Both the position numbers and the translations under genes were made by a program. A DNA stretch of 57,750 bases from Thraustochytrium aureum. Its lineage: Eukaryota. Within the stretch, counting starts at the first letter, position 1. Every line of letters begins with the position of its first letter. This document shows positions 10,790 through 22,143 of the stretch, in pieces. The notes under the pieces are model-generated. The model was not told the DNA's origin and did no database searches. It saw nothing but the letters and a program-made list of their open reading frames with translations. The DNA lies in NCBI GenBank assembly GCA_012862495.1, contig BLSG01000397.1:1-57750 (forward strand). Reading direction: 5' to 3'.

Positions 10790-12677
10790 TCTGCACTGCC
10801 CCGCGCCCCACGGAATCCACACCCCAAGCCAGGCTANNNNNNNNNNNNNNNNNNNNNNNNNNNNNNNNNNNNNNNNNNNNNNNNNNNNNNNNNNNNNNNN
10901 NNNNNNNNNNNNNNNNNNNNNNNNNNNNNNNNNNNNNNNNNNNNNNNNNNNNNNNNNNNNNNNNNNNNNNNNNNNNNNNNNNNNNNNNNNNNNNNNNNNN
11001 NNNNNNNNNNNNNNNNNNNNNNNNNNNNNNNNNNNNNNNNNNNNNNNNNNNNNNNNNNNNNNNNNNNNNNNNNNNNNNNNNNNNNNNNNNNNNNNNNNNN
11101 NNNNNNNNNNNNNNNNNNNNNNNNNNNNNNNNNNNNNNNNNNNNNNNNNNNNNNNNNNNNNNNNNNNNNNNNNNNNNNNNNNNNNNNNNNNNNNNNNNNN
11201 NNNNNNNNNNNNNNNNNNNNNNNNNAACCAACCAACCCAAACGCAAGCCAAAGCAGAACAAACCAAGCCAAAACCAGCAGCCGCGACCAGTACAGCCCAG
11301 CCGCCAGCCCGAGCCAGACCCGCGCGCTGCGCAGACGACCCTTGCACGCCACTCCTGGCTCTGCGCGGGCAGCTCGCCCACCTCGCAATAGATCCGTTGG
11401 CGAACAAGTCCGACCTCGAGCTGCGAGTTGGTCTGGGCCGTGGTGCACGGGGCTCGGATGGGCTTGGGAGGATTGATTGCGCTGCCGAAACGCGCGCTGC
11501 GTTGGAGGCGCCCAGGGCTGGCTAGCAAGCAAGCAATCTGGCCCTTGGAAACGTCAACGTTGGGGGGCGCTCGCAGGGCTAGGTTTCCGCCGAGCTCTAC
11601 AAGTCGCGCCAAGAACAAGCGGCCATGGTCGGAGCAGCCTCTGCAGAGGCGGCCGAGTCCCAGGCTATCTTTGAAGCTGACGGCCGCTGTCTCGCTGGAG
11701 CTTGAGGGTGCAAACCACGCGATCGTTGAATCCAGCCTGCGGCTCGCGGAGGAGGCGACGGGGGGAAACGACCGCGTAAAAAGGCTTCCTAGCTGTTCAA
11801 CTTCACACGCGGCTCATCGAGGACGTTTGTTACGCCTCGACGATCTGGAGCAGCTGGTGCAAGCTGGAGCCGACTCGTGCCGAGCAAGAACGCGCGCCTT
11901 GCCAGCGAAAATGAAAAGGCGTTCGATCCTGGCGCGGGCCAGATCCCGAAGCCAAAATGCAAAGCCCCGAAGGAGGACGCCGAGCTCAAGCTCGAGGTGG
12001 CGTTCCTGGAGACGCACATCACGTGCCAGGATCGGCACTTGCGGTCCCTGAGAGTCGACTTGCAAGTCCAACTCCTACTTGGTGGAGCGCCAAGTCGAGG
12101 CCGAGGCTGCTTCTTGCAAACATTGTCTTCAGAGTACTATTTTTCACCACTTCGCACCACACGAAGGATTTGATTGGAGATGAGCGCTTTGGGCTTGCGT
12201 CGGTTCGGGATGACGGCGCTGGGCTGTTTGGGACAGTGCAGCTGCTCAGAATCAAATCATTCTCTCGTAGTCAACGGGTGTCCGAAGTTTCTGCTGTGGT
12301 CGAGCAAAAAGAAAAAAAGAATTTACAAGGCACTTTAAAAGAAAAAAACGTCTTACTCGAGCAACAGACTGCTCGCGTCAGCAGCCGAGCGAACCCACCC
12401 AGCTTCGTGCTCTCGCCGCCTTCGTGGCGCCGCGCCCGCTCGCTCTGGGGAACATCGCCTGTATCTCTCGTGGCCGCCGACCTGTTGGCCTATGCAGTGA
12501 CGCCAGTCGCCGCAATCAATCGCTGTCCTGGGCCGGGCCTTCCTTCACCAAACAAACTCGCTTGCCGGCTCGGAGCAAGCTGACTCGAGGAGCTGAGCGG
12601 GTCGCCGGGTGCTGTTTTCACGCCGGGCGTGCCTCGGTCTACCTGGCATTAGCGGCGCTGGCAGGCCAACGAGGAAC

Positions 12678-14265
12678 ATGGAGAGTGCGACTGGCCGAAG
12701 CCACACGTTGCCCGCGCAGCCCCGACTGCCCGAGGCGACGCCAAATGGTAGGCGCGAGACAAGAAACTCCACCACGCTGGTGAGGAGGAGGACCATGGTG
12801 GTTGTCGTGGCACTCGTTACGCTTTGCGCGCTCCAGGTCTTTCTGTCCACCAGCAATCTTTCGTCAGACGTCACGACAGACTCCACAAGCCACAGAGGTG
12901 GCGTTTTGCGGCGAGCTGATAAAGACACAGCGGCAATCGCCGCGTTGGAGGAACAGCTCGGCGCAGCCAGGGCAGAGTCCCTGCGACTCGCCCAGGAGCT
13001 GGACGCGACCCAACAACTCCTACGAGTTAACACCGAGCCGGCACGCGCGGCGCACAGCAGCAACGCAGAACCGGAAGGCGAGCGAAATGCAGCAGATCTG
13101 ATCAAAGCCGAGCGACGCGCGGCCGAACTGGAGAGGCGGATCTCAGCTCTTGAAGGTGAGCTCAATCAAGCGAGACAGGCGCTCGCAGCCAGCTCTGCAA
13201 GCGGGCAACTGGAGGATGCCGACCCGCTTGACGACAACGTGTACATTGACGGCTTTGCAAGGCAGCAGAGCGCGATGACGATCGAGGAACTGCTCGTTTG
13301 CGATCGCGAGATCAACATTATCATGGACCAGCACTGGTCCTGCGACAATGACCCAACCTGCATCAAGTGCTCGCAGCCTCAAATCAAGCGATACGCGCAG
13401 GTGCGTGGCATATGGGAAAGCGAAAAACACGCGCAACCTCGCCTCGCCTCCATCCGCAAGCGGTTTGGGACCGCAAAGGAAGTCGGCGCGCGGACGGTGG
13501 TGGTTTCCGCCGTCAACTATGGGCAAATGTACCTTCTCCTGAATTGGATTTGCTCGTGTGAAAGGCTTGGGCTGGACCCTCGCGAGTTCGCTCTCATCGT
13601 ACCGACGGACGCGCGAGCGTCTAAAGTGCTGCATGATCTCGGTTTGCTTTACGTCGACCCCGCATGGACGCAGGAGCTCTCCCCGCCGATTCGTGAAGAC
13701 TATGTCGGCAATGCAAACACTGGCGGCCACTCAGATATCAACAACGTGCTTTTGTTGGCAACCTCGGAGGTCTTAAACTTGCTGGGCCACCACGTTCTAC
13801 TTCACGATGTTGACCAGGTTTGGCTCTCGGACGTGCGCGGCTGGCTCGTCGAAGCAAGCCGCCGCAGGGACATTCTTGGCATGTTTGCTCCGTATTACAA
13901 GGCCAAGGGCGGGATGAACACTGGGTTTGTGTTTTGCGCGGAACACCAGAAAGTCCAGGGTATTCTTCAGCACGCTTGTCAACCTAGCCGCTCTCAAGGC
14001 GCGCTCGGACCAGGAGCTATTCAATATTCTGCTGCGGCACCGCGACTTTCAGCAGCTCGAGTTCAGGTACCTGCCGCAGAAATTGTTCTACAAATACTCT
14101 GGTCGAAGGGCCCCCAAGCCGACGAGCGCGACGCTCGTATACCATGCTGTGGGTTCGCACAAGCGCTTCAGCTTTCTCCACCACAAGCTCTGGATGTTCA
14201 ACGCCACCTGCTCATTCTACCACGCTGAGGTTGACAAGGAGAGCCTCGCCAGCGTGGGAGGCTGA
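12678..14265 (+). CDS. Type II membrane nucleotide-diphospho-sugar transferase (GT77-like), frameshift at T4 run 13932-13935
   Basis: N-terminal TM (MVVVVALVTLCALQVFL), coiled-coil stem, DxD motif LLHDVDQVWL, MNTGFVF-ARNT, DQELFNILLRH. Removing one T joins ORF 12609..14228 to 13927..14265. Confidence 0.82.
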
Positions 14266-15082
14266 ATGGGATAGTGTTTTCGTTCGTATCTCCGTTGCAA
14301 TCGACGGGTTCGTTCACAAGTCTAAGGTGAAGAGCTGGACCGCCTCGACTCGAGGCCCCTGTGGGCGCGCCCAGACCGTTCGCGCCGGCACTGAGCAAGC
14401 AGGCTGCTAATCATAATCATCTTCAACTAGCGCAATCATCATTGCCCATCAACCCCGATCCAAACGGAACGCGTCTGCTCGTTTGCGCTCAGTGCGCCGC
14501 CTTGACGCAGGGGGCGCCTTGTGGGACCCATGCCCGGCCTCAGCTAGCCCCGCGAGAGTTGCGGAGTCGCTGTAGGATGCGGACAGCTCAACACCAAATT
14601 GAACGAAAACCTGGGGTCAAGCTCGCAGATGGTGGCACGACGGCCACCAAGCATGCAGGTGGGTGCAAGATGCCTTGGGCAGGCTTGGATGCGATGGACT
14701 GTCCGCAGGGAGGGCGAGACGGGGTTGGAAGGCTCGTTTCTGGTCAGAGCTTCTGGATTGACGAGTACGTTTGTTTGGCCACCCCCTCTCGAGCAGCTAG
14801 CTACCGGAGCATTGCCGACGCGTGGGACGGGGTCTCGTGGACATCAACAACGATCTGCCCTTCACAATGTGTCACGCTTTGGTTGGTCCTCCATGACGCA
14901 GTCATTGGATTTCTGCACCGCCGTGCGACGTCAGGGCTGGCACACAGACTACGAAGATTCGCAGGCCCCGTGACCGGGACTTGCAGCCTCTACAAGGGCG
15001 AAATGTGCAAGTTGCGATGGCCCAATCAAGAAAACAAGCAGGTTTGGAAAACCAGATCGTTACAGGGATCGCTGGTGGCTCC

Positions 15083-15178
15083 GGCTTTCTATCCATGGGG
15101 CTTTTTATCCATGGGGCTTTCTATCCATGGGGCTTTCTATCCATGGGGCTTTCTGCCCAGGGGGCTTTCTATCCATGG
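15083..15178. repeat. 16-bp minisatellite (GGCTTTCTATCCATGG) x6
   Basis: Six contiguous copies; copies 2 and 5 are variant. Confidence 0.92.
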
Positions 15179-15562
15179 CATTGCCGATCTCGCAGGGAGT
15201 TGGTTGCGCATTGGCGCTCTTTCAGTGTCCAAGGCGGCATTGCCGTTTGGCTCACTGTTGAGGAAGTTCGAAAAATACAAAGGCAATTTTAAGTACAAGC
15301 TGTACACGGGGCTAGTGTAGTAGCTACGAGCGAGAAAGAAAGCGCCCAAAGTCAGTAAGAGAATGCAAGCCAAAAACCTGGCCCCTCCGCACCCCCTTCG
15401 CGCGCGCCCAACTCGGCTCAGAGCAAATCTAGAAACAAGGTTATCATCAGGAATCGGACAATACATGCATTTGGTGACATCCCTGCCGAGTTGGGGCGCC
15501 TCCGCCCCACCGCCCATCGCTGCCCAAGACAGAGCCAAGCAAACTCACAATACGCTGCCAGC

Positions 15563-16146
15563 TCACGAGTTTCGCGTCTTGGTCACGCGGTCTTTGATGG
15601 CCTCCTCCATCTTGTTAAACCTGTGCTGCACGTCCATGACGCAGTCGCGGCCGACGACCAGCAGGCGCGCGATGATGAGCGGGTCGGTCTCATAACGAGC
15701 GTCCTCGAACTCCTTTCGCGCGTTGCGCTTGAGCACGACCGACCACGGCTCACCGTTGTCGTCCGGCCAGTAGAAACTTTTCGCTGCGCACCACAACGAC
15801 GTGTCGTTGTCGGTCCATCCGTCAGCGCATCATCCGTTCCATCCCAACCACGCGCCCACCAAGCATCCGCGCCGCCTGCGAACCAGCCGCTCGGCTCAGA
15901 CAGGTATGTCTTGAATTAACAAGCCTCATCACAAGGTGTAAGAAAGCCATGCATGTTTGTATCATCGTCGCCGAGCGTCCACCAAGCCAAGCCTGCACAC
16001 CGGCCCAAACCCGTGCTGCACTCACCTGTCCGCAGGATCTCGCGGTACAGTCTCAGCGCCTCCTTGTTTGTCGGCGGCCGCTTCAACAGCATCGCGCAGG
16101 CCCCATGGACGCCCTGCCCACGTTCGGGGTCTGTCTTGTCGGCCAT
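15563..16146 (-). CDS. LYR-motif (Complex1_LYR) mitochondrial protein, 2 exons
   Basis: Exon 1 ...EALRLYREILRT ends 16026; intron 15784-16025 (GTGAGT...CAG); exon 2 AKSFYWPDDNGEPWSVVLKRNARKEFEDARYETDP, stop 15563. Start ATG 16146 or 16092. Confidence 0.85.
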
Positions 16147-16257
16147 CCACCATCTCGATCATTTCAGAGCAGAACAGAAGGTGGTCGGTCGGTCTCTCCT
16201 CACCACAAACTCCCTCATGCGGAACGCACGCACACCAAACAGCGCTCAAAATGGAAA

Positions 16258-16362
16258 AGGACAGAAACGAGCGCACAAATCCAAAGAGGACAGAAACGAG
16301 CGCACAAATCCAAAGAGGACGAAACGAGCGCACAAATCCAAAGAGGACGAAACGAGCGCACA
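16258..16362. repeat. 28/29-bp tandem repeat (AGGAC[A]GAAACGAGCGCACAAATCCAAAG) x3.7 upstream of the LYR gene
   Basis: Directly visible. Confidence 0.92.
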
Positions 16363-17262
16363 CCCAAAACCTTCATGATGTTGGTGAGGAAGGCAGGCAC
16401 CTTGAATTGGAGCAAGCAAGTACTCGACTGATCGGCGACGCTGCGAGGCAGGGCTGTCCCGGATCGGGCAGGAAGCAATCGAGTGTCTGCGTGCTCCTCC
16501 CCTCGCGGCCGTCCGGGCCGCGGCCCCGCACCGCCGCAGGCAGATGAGGAGTACGAGGAAAGTACTCACCAAGGTAAGTAGAGTACCTGCTCGCCGGTGC
16601 GGGGAACGGGACGAGCCCTGGCCCGCTCGCCAGCAGCCACAGCGAGCCCTGGTGAGGCAGGCGCCTCTGCGCCGCCGCCGCCACTGCCACTACCTCCCAC
16701 TGCTGCCACTGCTGCTGGTGGTCGAGCGAGGTCCTGCCCGTTCAGAACGTGCGCAGCAAGCACTCGCGTCAAGTCACACACTGACGGGCCTGTCCCACAC
16801 TGGCAGACTCCCTGTTCGCTGGCGGCCAGTCCAGACGACTCTTGACCGGGCATCAAGGAACCCGCAGCAGCAGCGTAAATGCAACGAGCGGGTTCCCTGT
16901 GGGGCAGAGTTGTCTCGCAGTGTGTGAGGGGAACGGGCTTGGTGGAGTCAAGCAAGTGGAGGCGCGGCATCACGGGCAGACCCCGAACGGAGGAGCGCCG
17001 GCAGACGCGCGAGGAGGCGACGGTACGCGCGCGGACGCGCAGGAGGCAGGCAGGCAGGCAGGCAGGCAGGTGCAGGCTGGCGGGCAGGTGCTGGCTGGCG
17101 GGCTGGGCTGGGGTTGGGGGCTGGGGGTGGCTGGGTAGCGAAGGGCAGGTGCGCCTCGTGGGCGGGCCGGAGTGCCGGGCGCTTGCGGAGGCGGAGCACA
17201 CGCCGCCCGCTGCCCGAGTACTCTCTCTACGTACGTATGCTGCACCGCGCGTGAGAAGAGGG

Positions 17263-20200
17263 ATGGTCGAGCGGCGGGGGGCGCGCGCGCGCCGCTCGTG
17301 GCGTTTCGCTGCGGCTGGCGTGGTCGCGCTTGTCGGGTGCGCGGACGCGGGAGAGCAAGGGCATGTGTCTCTGCTTATGATGTCCCAGCTCTCGGTGGGG
17401 TCCAACTCGTGGGACCGCGAGGAGCTCGGACTGGGAAACAACGTGGTTGCCGCGGCCGGCCTGCTGGCCGTCAAACACTGCAACGAGCGCAACGGGGCCG
17501 TCCTGCCCGAGCTGGCCCGAATGGGCGCCGAGGGCTGCCCTCTGAATTTCACCGCCAGTCACTTTGACACCTGGACGGACCCGGCCACGGCCATCCGGTC
17601 GTACCTGTCCGCATTCATGGCCTCGCACGTCGTGATCGGCCCCGTCCTGAGCGCCAGCACGCTCCCCGTGTCGATCCTGGCCTCGGCGCACGATATTCCA
17701 GTGATATCCTACTGGAGCACCTCCGCAGAGCTGTCAGACGAGTCGATCCACACCCGATTCCAGCGCACGATACCCTCCGATCTGGCCACGAGCCTCACGC
17801 TCGCAGACCTCTTCCGCGCGTTTGAGCTTGGTCACGTGGCGATGCTGTTCGTAGACGACTCGTACGGCAACTACTTTCGCGACACCCTGGGCGACGCTTG
17901 CAGCGCGCTTGGCATCAACCTTCATGCAGAGAGCTATCGGCGCAACTCGCTCAACTCTGTGAGGGACGCAGTGCGCAGGCTCGCTGGCTTCGGGCTCAAC
18001 GTCATCTTCCTCGTCGTTCTTTCCGATGACATGGAGGTGGCTCTCGACGAGCTCGTGAGGCGCGGCATGACCGGCGCCGGCAAGCTCGTCGTCTTTTCCG
18101 ACGCTGTCCCAGTCGACCTGCTAAGCGCCATCTCTCGGCGGAGGCCGGACCTTTCAAGCGCGTTCAACGGCACGCAGATGCTGTCCGCGGTGGGCGGCGA
18201 CGAGTCCAACGCGGCGTTCCGGCGGCTCAAGCGCGCTTGGACCTCGCTGTCAGCCGAAGACGTGGCATTCATCAACGCCCACATGCCCGGCGGCCCGCGG
18301 TTCTCGGAGCGGCCTGGCAACGCTGAAATCGACGCAATAGCCGACGAACCGGGAGAGCCGCCGCCTCCGCTTGAGATCCAGCTCGACCCCGAGACCTTTT
18401 TCCGCGAGTCGGTCTCGGAGCTGGAATCTATCGCGCCATACGCGTTTGATGCAGTGGCCAGCGCCTGCCTCGCCGCCTGCGCGTCCGCGCCGCGCAACCT
18501 GACCGAGACCGACCTGGACGAGATCGGGGGGGACATGGCGCCGCTGGACGGCGACACGCTCGGAGGCATTGGACCGAAGCGCCCCAGCTGGCTCACAGGC
18601 GGCCCGCTGCGGAAGATTATGCTCTCCGACGCGTTTGACTTGAGGGGGACGTCAGGTCGCGTTCGCTTCGACCCAGTGAATGGCTCCCGCGACCCAAGCA
18701 CTGTCACCTTCAAACTCCGCAACCTGTTCGTCTCGCCGACAACCTTTGCCATCACGGCAGTAGCCACGTCGACGTACAACGTGTCCGGGTGGGTTTTCGG
18801 CCAGGTGCGGTTTCCGCCTGGCGACGCCGAGTCGCCTCCGCTGGATATCGACCGGCCCGTGCCAGAGACCAACCAAATCTCTGACGGCTTGCGTGCGATG
18901 GCCTACGTCTTTTTCGCGCTCACCGTTCTCCTGTGCACCGTAATGGCTAGCTGGCTCTGGGCGCACCGCGGACACTCGGTCGTCAAGAAGAGCCAGCCGG
19001 AGTTCCTCTTCCTGTTTCTGTTTGGCGTGGTCCTCGCCACTTCGTCGCTGATCCCGCTTACCATTGACGACAAAGAGCACTCGACAGAGGTCGCGTCGGG
19101 GGCCTGCGAGGCGACCATCTGGCTCCTCAGCCTGGGCACCACGCTGGTGGTCGCCGCGCTCCTTGTCAAGCTGTATCGCATCGAGCGCATCTTTCGCAAC
19201 ATGACGCTCAAAGCGCTGCTCCTTCGCACAACGCAGCTGTACCGCGCCGTGCTCGCCGCCCTCGTTGTCAACCTCGCCATTCTGGCGGCCTGGACGGTGG
19301 CAAGCCCACTCCAGTACCAGAGAACGGTGCTCAAGACCTCGCGGTACGACCACGAGATCGAGACCTTCGGCCAGTGCGAGTGGGCAGACGAGGACCTCTC
19401 GGTTGCGTACGGGGTCGGGGCCGTTCTGCTCGTCTTTCACATCTCCCTTTACGTTGCCGCGGCCGTGGTCGGCTACAGGGTGCGAAAGGTGGACTCCGAG
19501 TTTCAAGAAAGCAAGTACCTCGCTTTGGCGGTCGTCTTTCAGGCCCAGCTCTACCTTCTCGCCGCGCCGATCTACTTGGCAATCTCTAGCTCGGAAGTCG
19601 AAACTCGCTTCGCCGTGGTCTGCCTCGTCATCTTTCTCTCCGGCGTCGTGGCAGTCCTCCTCGTCTTTTGGGCCAAGATCTCCGCCGTGTCGTTCCGTGC
19701 CGAACCGCAAGAAGGCGAAGCGCAGAACGGGGCTCGTGGGCGCAACCACAACGCGCGTGTCCTAAGGCACGCGCGCAACATCGAGCAGAGCTCGCAGCAG
19801 CAAACCAAGACTGACTCGTCGCTTGATTCGCTATTTTGGCACCATCGGCAGGACTATTCGAGAGGCCCGCAGTCTGCGCACTCGGGCAGCGCCAACCCTG
19901 AGAGTCGGCAACCCGACCCTCCAGAGATGCAGGATGCAGCGACGAGTCGCGAGGCGGACAAGAATGACACCCGAATTCTCCTGACTGCTCCGTCGAGTCC
20001 CTCTGAAGGCAAGGCTATGTCTCAGAAAACATTGCGTGTTGCGAGCCCGCCGAAAGCGAGCCAACTCTCCGACCCGGCTTGCGATGCGGGCTCCGAGGCC
20101 TCCGGGTCGGCGCCGAGGGGCAGTTCAGAGGGCCCGCTTGGTGCTGTTGCCGGGAACGAGGCCAGCGATTCGCACTCGACCTGCTCCTCGGCCGCTGGCA

Positions 20201-20280
20201 CGCCACGGCCTACGCAGCGGGGCGTCGGCGGGAGCGACTCCTCGAGCACCGACGCTTCGACAGCGCTTTCACACGTCTGA
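17263..20280 (+). CDS. Class C GPCR, GABA-B-receptor-like (Venus flytrap/ANF-receptor domain + 7tm_3)
   Basis: Signal-like N-terminus. VIGPVLSAST, IPVISYWSTSAELSD, FQRTIPSD, DDSYG, AFDAV, LRGTSGRVRFD. Seven TMs with KKSQPEFL, KLYRIERIF, ESKYLAL; no Cys-rich linker; Ser-rich tail. Start ATG 17263 inferred. Confidence 0.92.
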   Translation: MVERRGARARRSWRFAAAGVVALVGCADAGEQGHVSLLMMSQLSVGSNSWDREELGLGNNVVAAAGLLAVKHCNERNGAVLPELARMGAEGCPLNFTASHFDTWTDPATAIRSYLSAFMASHVVIGPVLSASTLPVSILASAHDIPVISYWSTSAELSDESIHTRFQRTIPSDLATSLTLADLFRAFELGHVAMLFVDDSYGNYFRDTLGDACSALGINLHAESYRRNSLNSVRDAVRRLAGFGLNVIFLVVLSDDMEVALDELVRRGMTGAGKLVVFSDAVPVDLLSAISRRRPDLSSAFNGTQMLSAVGGDESNAAFRRLKRAWTSLSAEDVAFINAHMPGGPRFSERPGNAEIDAIADEPGEPPPPLEIQLDPETFFRESVSELESIAPYAFDAVASACLAACASAPRNLTETDLDEIGGDMAPLDGDTLGGIGPKRPSWLTGGPLRKIMLSDAFDLRGTSGRVRFDPVNGSRDPSTVTFKLRNLFVSPTTFAITAVATSTYNVSGWVFGQVRFPPGDAESPPLDIDRPVPETNQISDGLRAMAYVFFALTVLLCTVMASWLWAHRGHSVVKKSQPEFLFLFLFGVVLATSSLIPLTIDDKEHSTEVASGACEATIWLLSLGTTLVVAALLVKLYRIERIFRNMTLKALLLRTTQLYRAVLAALVVNLAILAAWTVASPLQYQRTVLKTSRYDHEIETFGQCEWADEDLSVAYGVGAVLLVFHISLYVAAAVVGYRVRKVDSEFQESKYLALAVVFQAQLYLLAAPIYLAISSSEVETRFAVVCLVIFLSGVVAVLLVFWAKISAVSFRAEPQEGEAQNGARGRNHNARVLRHARNIEQSSQQQTKTDSSLDSLFWHHRQDYSRGPQSAHSGSANPESRQPDPPEMQDAATSREADKNDTRILLTAPSSPSEGKAMSQKTLRVASPPKASQLSDPACDAGSEASGSAPRGSSEGPLGAVAGNEASDSHSTCSSAAGTPRPTQRGVGGSDSSSTDASTALSHV

Positions 20281-20325
20281 CCGACGTCCTCCTCAATGCG
20301 AAGCTCCTCCGCCGTCACGAGTGTC

Positions 20326-20402
20326 CCACATCGATGGGTGATGGATGTACCCTGTTTGAAAAAGAAGCCACATCGATGGGTGATGTACCATGTATGAAAA
20401 AG
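20326..20402. repeat. ~40-bp imperfect tandem duplication (CCACATCGATGGGTGAT..GTACC.TGT.TGAAAAAG) between convergent genes
   Basis: Two copies at ~20326 and ~20368. Confidence 0.75.
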
Positions 20403-20583
20403 CTATCTTTGTAGACGTAGAAGAGAAATCTAGTAGATGCAGAGCCGCGCGAGGGTACCTGTCTCGTTCGCGAAACGCCAAATGCAGCGACCATCGCAGC
20501 GCTCCAGCCGGCAGCTCGCGCAGGGAGTCAATCCGTCGACAAGCCAGTTCCCGGCGTCGCAGCCACTGGAGCCTCGGTGTAGC

Positions 20584-21520
20584 TTACATGGCTTTAACGA
20601 TGGAGCCCAAGGCCTGCACCCCACGCGCGATCGTCCGCGCTGGGGTATGCGCCACACACAAACGCACCGAGTTGCGCGCCTTCGTTGTGACAGCGTCCAT
20701 TGCTGCGCCCTTTGGCGCGTTCTCCACTGCCTCTTGCACGACGCAGCGCATCCCGGGCGTCACTGAGACTTTGTAGTCCTTGCACGCGGCCAAGAAAGCG
20801 TCGCTGGACGTCTCGACCAACGCGCCCGAACGCCCCCCGACACCAAGCGGAACCCAGCAAAAGTACCCGCCCGTCGGCTTGTATGCGTCGTTGGCAAGAC
20901 CCTGGTCGCCCAGATTGCTGAAAAGACACTCCATGCGGGAGCCAAGCTTTTCTCGCACGCAAGCCAGGTACGCCGGAAGCGAACTGTGGATGATCTCGCC
21001 AACCACTTGAGCGGAAAACGGGTTCGCCCCACCCCCGCTCCAAATGGAGCCAGAGCAAAGATAGAGCTCCGCAAGGGTTTTGGCATCCCCGAGAAGGTAC
21101 CCAGTGCGTAGGCCCGGCGCGAGGACCTTTGAAAAGGATCCCAGCGACAGCACGCGCTGCGAGGGCGCAACTTGGAAGGCGTGCGGTTCGGGGGGCCCAG
21201 AGAAGGCGAGCAAGCTGTATGGCTCGTCAAATACGGCGTACGTGTCGTGCTCCTCCATCAAAGCTGCCAGCGAACCAATCTCGTCGCTGCGGAGCGTGTC
21301 GCCGCCCGGGTTGTGGAATGCGGGTACCACGTAGACCAGCGCGGGTGGACACAGTCCGCTGCGGCGCCGGTCCTCCAAGAGCTTGCGCGTCTCTGCCACA
21401 ACGTCCGCGGTGGAGCGCTTTGCGTCGCGAGGGACCCCCACCAGCCTGCAGCCTGCGTCGGCCAATATCTCGTGAGCCAAAAAGTACGTCGGGACTTCCA
21501 CGACGGCGTCGCAGGCCCCG
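20584..21520 (-). CDS. PLP-dependent class I/II aminotransferase (Aro8/LysN/2-aminoadipate transaminase-like); N-terminus in gap
   Basis: VEVPTY, LVYVVPAFHNPGG, FDEPY, SLGSFSKVLAPGLRTG (PLP lysine), PTGGYFCWV, VRLCVA. Confidence 0.9.
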
Positions 21521-22143
21521 GNNNNNNNNNNNNNNNNNNNNNNNNNNNNNNNNNNNNNNNNNNNNNNNNNNNNNNNNNNNNNNNNNNNNNNNNNNNNNNN
21601 NNNNNNNNNNNNNNNNNNNNNNNNNNNNNNNNNNNNNNNNNNNNNNNNNNNNNNNNNNNNNNNNNNNNNNNNNNNNNNNNNNNNNNNNNNNNNNNNNNNN
21701 NNNNNNNNNNNNNNNNNNNNNNNNNNNNNNNNNNNNNNNNNNNNNNNNNNNNNNNNNNNNNNNNNNNNNNNNNNNNNNNNNNNNNNNNNNNNNNNNNNNN
21801 NNNNNNNNNNNNNNNNNNNNNNNNNNNNNNNNNNNNNNNNNNNNNNNNNNNNNNNNNNNNNNNNNNNNNNNNNNNNNNNNNNNNNNNNNNNNNNNNNNNN
21901 NNNNNNNNNNNNNNNNNNNNNNNNNNNNNNNNNNNNNNNNNNNNNNNNNNNNNNNNNNNNNNNNNNNNNNNNNNNNNNNNNNNNNNNNNNNNNNNNNNNN
22001 NNNNNNNNNNNNNNNNNNNNNNNNNNNNNNNNNNNNNNNNNNNNNNNNNNNNNNNNNNNNNNNNNNNNNNNNNNNNNNNNNNNNNNNNNNNNNNNNNNNN
22101 NNNNNNNNNNNNNNNNNNNNNNNNNNNNNNNNNNNNNNNNNNN

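Noticed and set aside
16258..16362. 29-bp repeats as a CRISPR array (also considered for 15083 and 22635)
   Set aside because: Units are contiguous with no unique spacers, no cas genes, eukaryotic context
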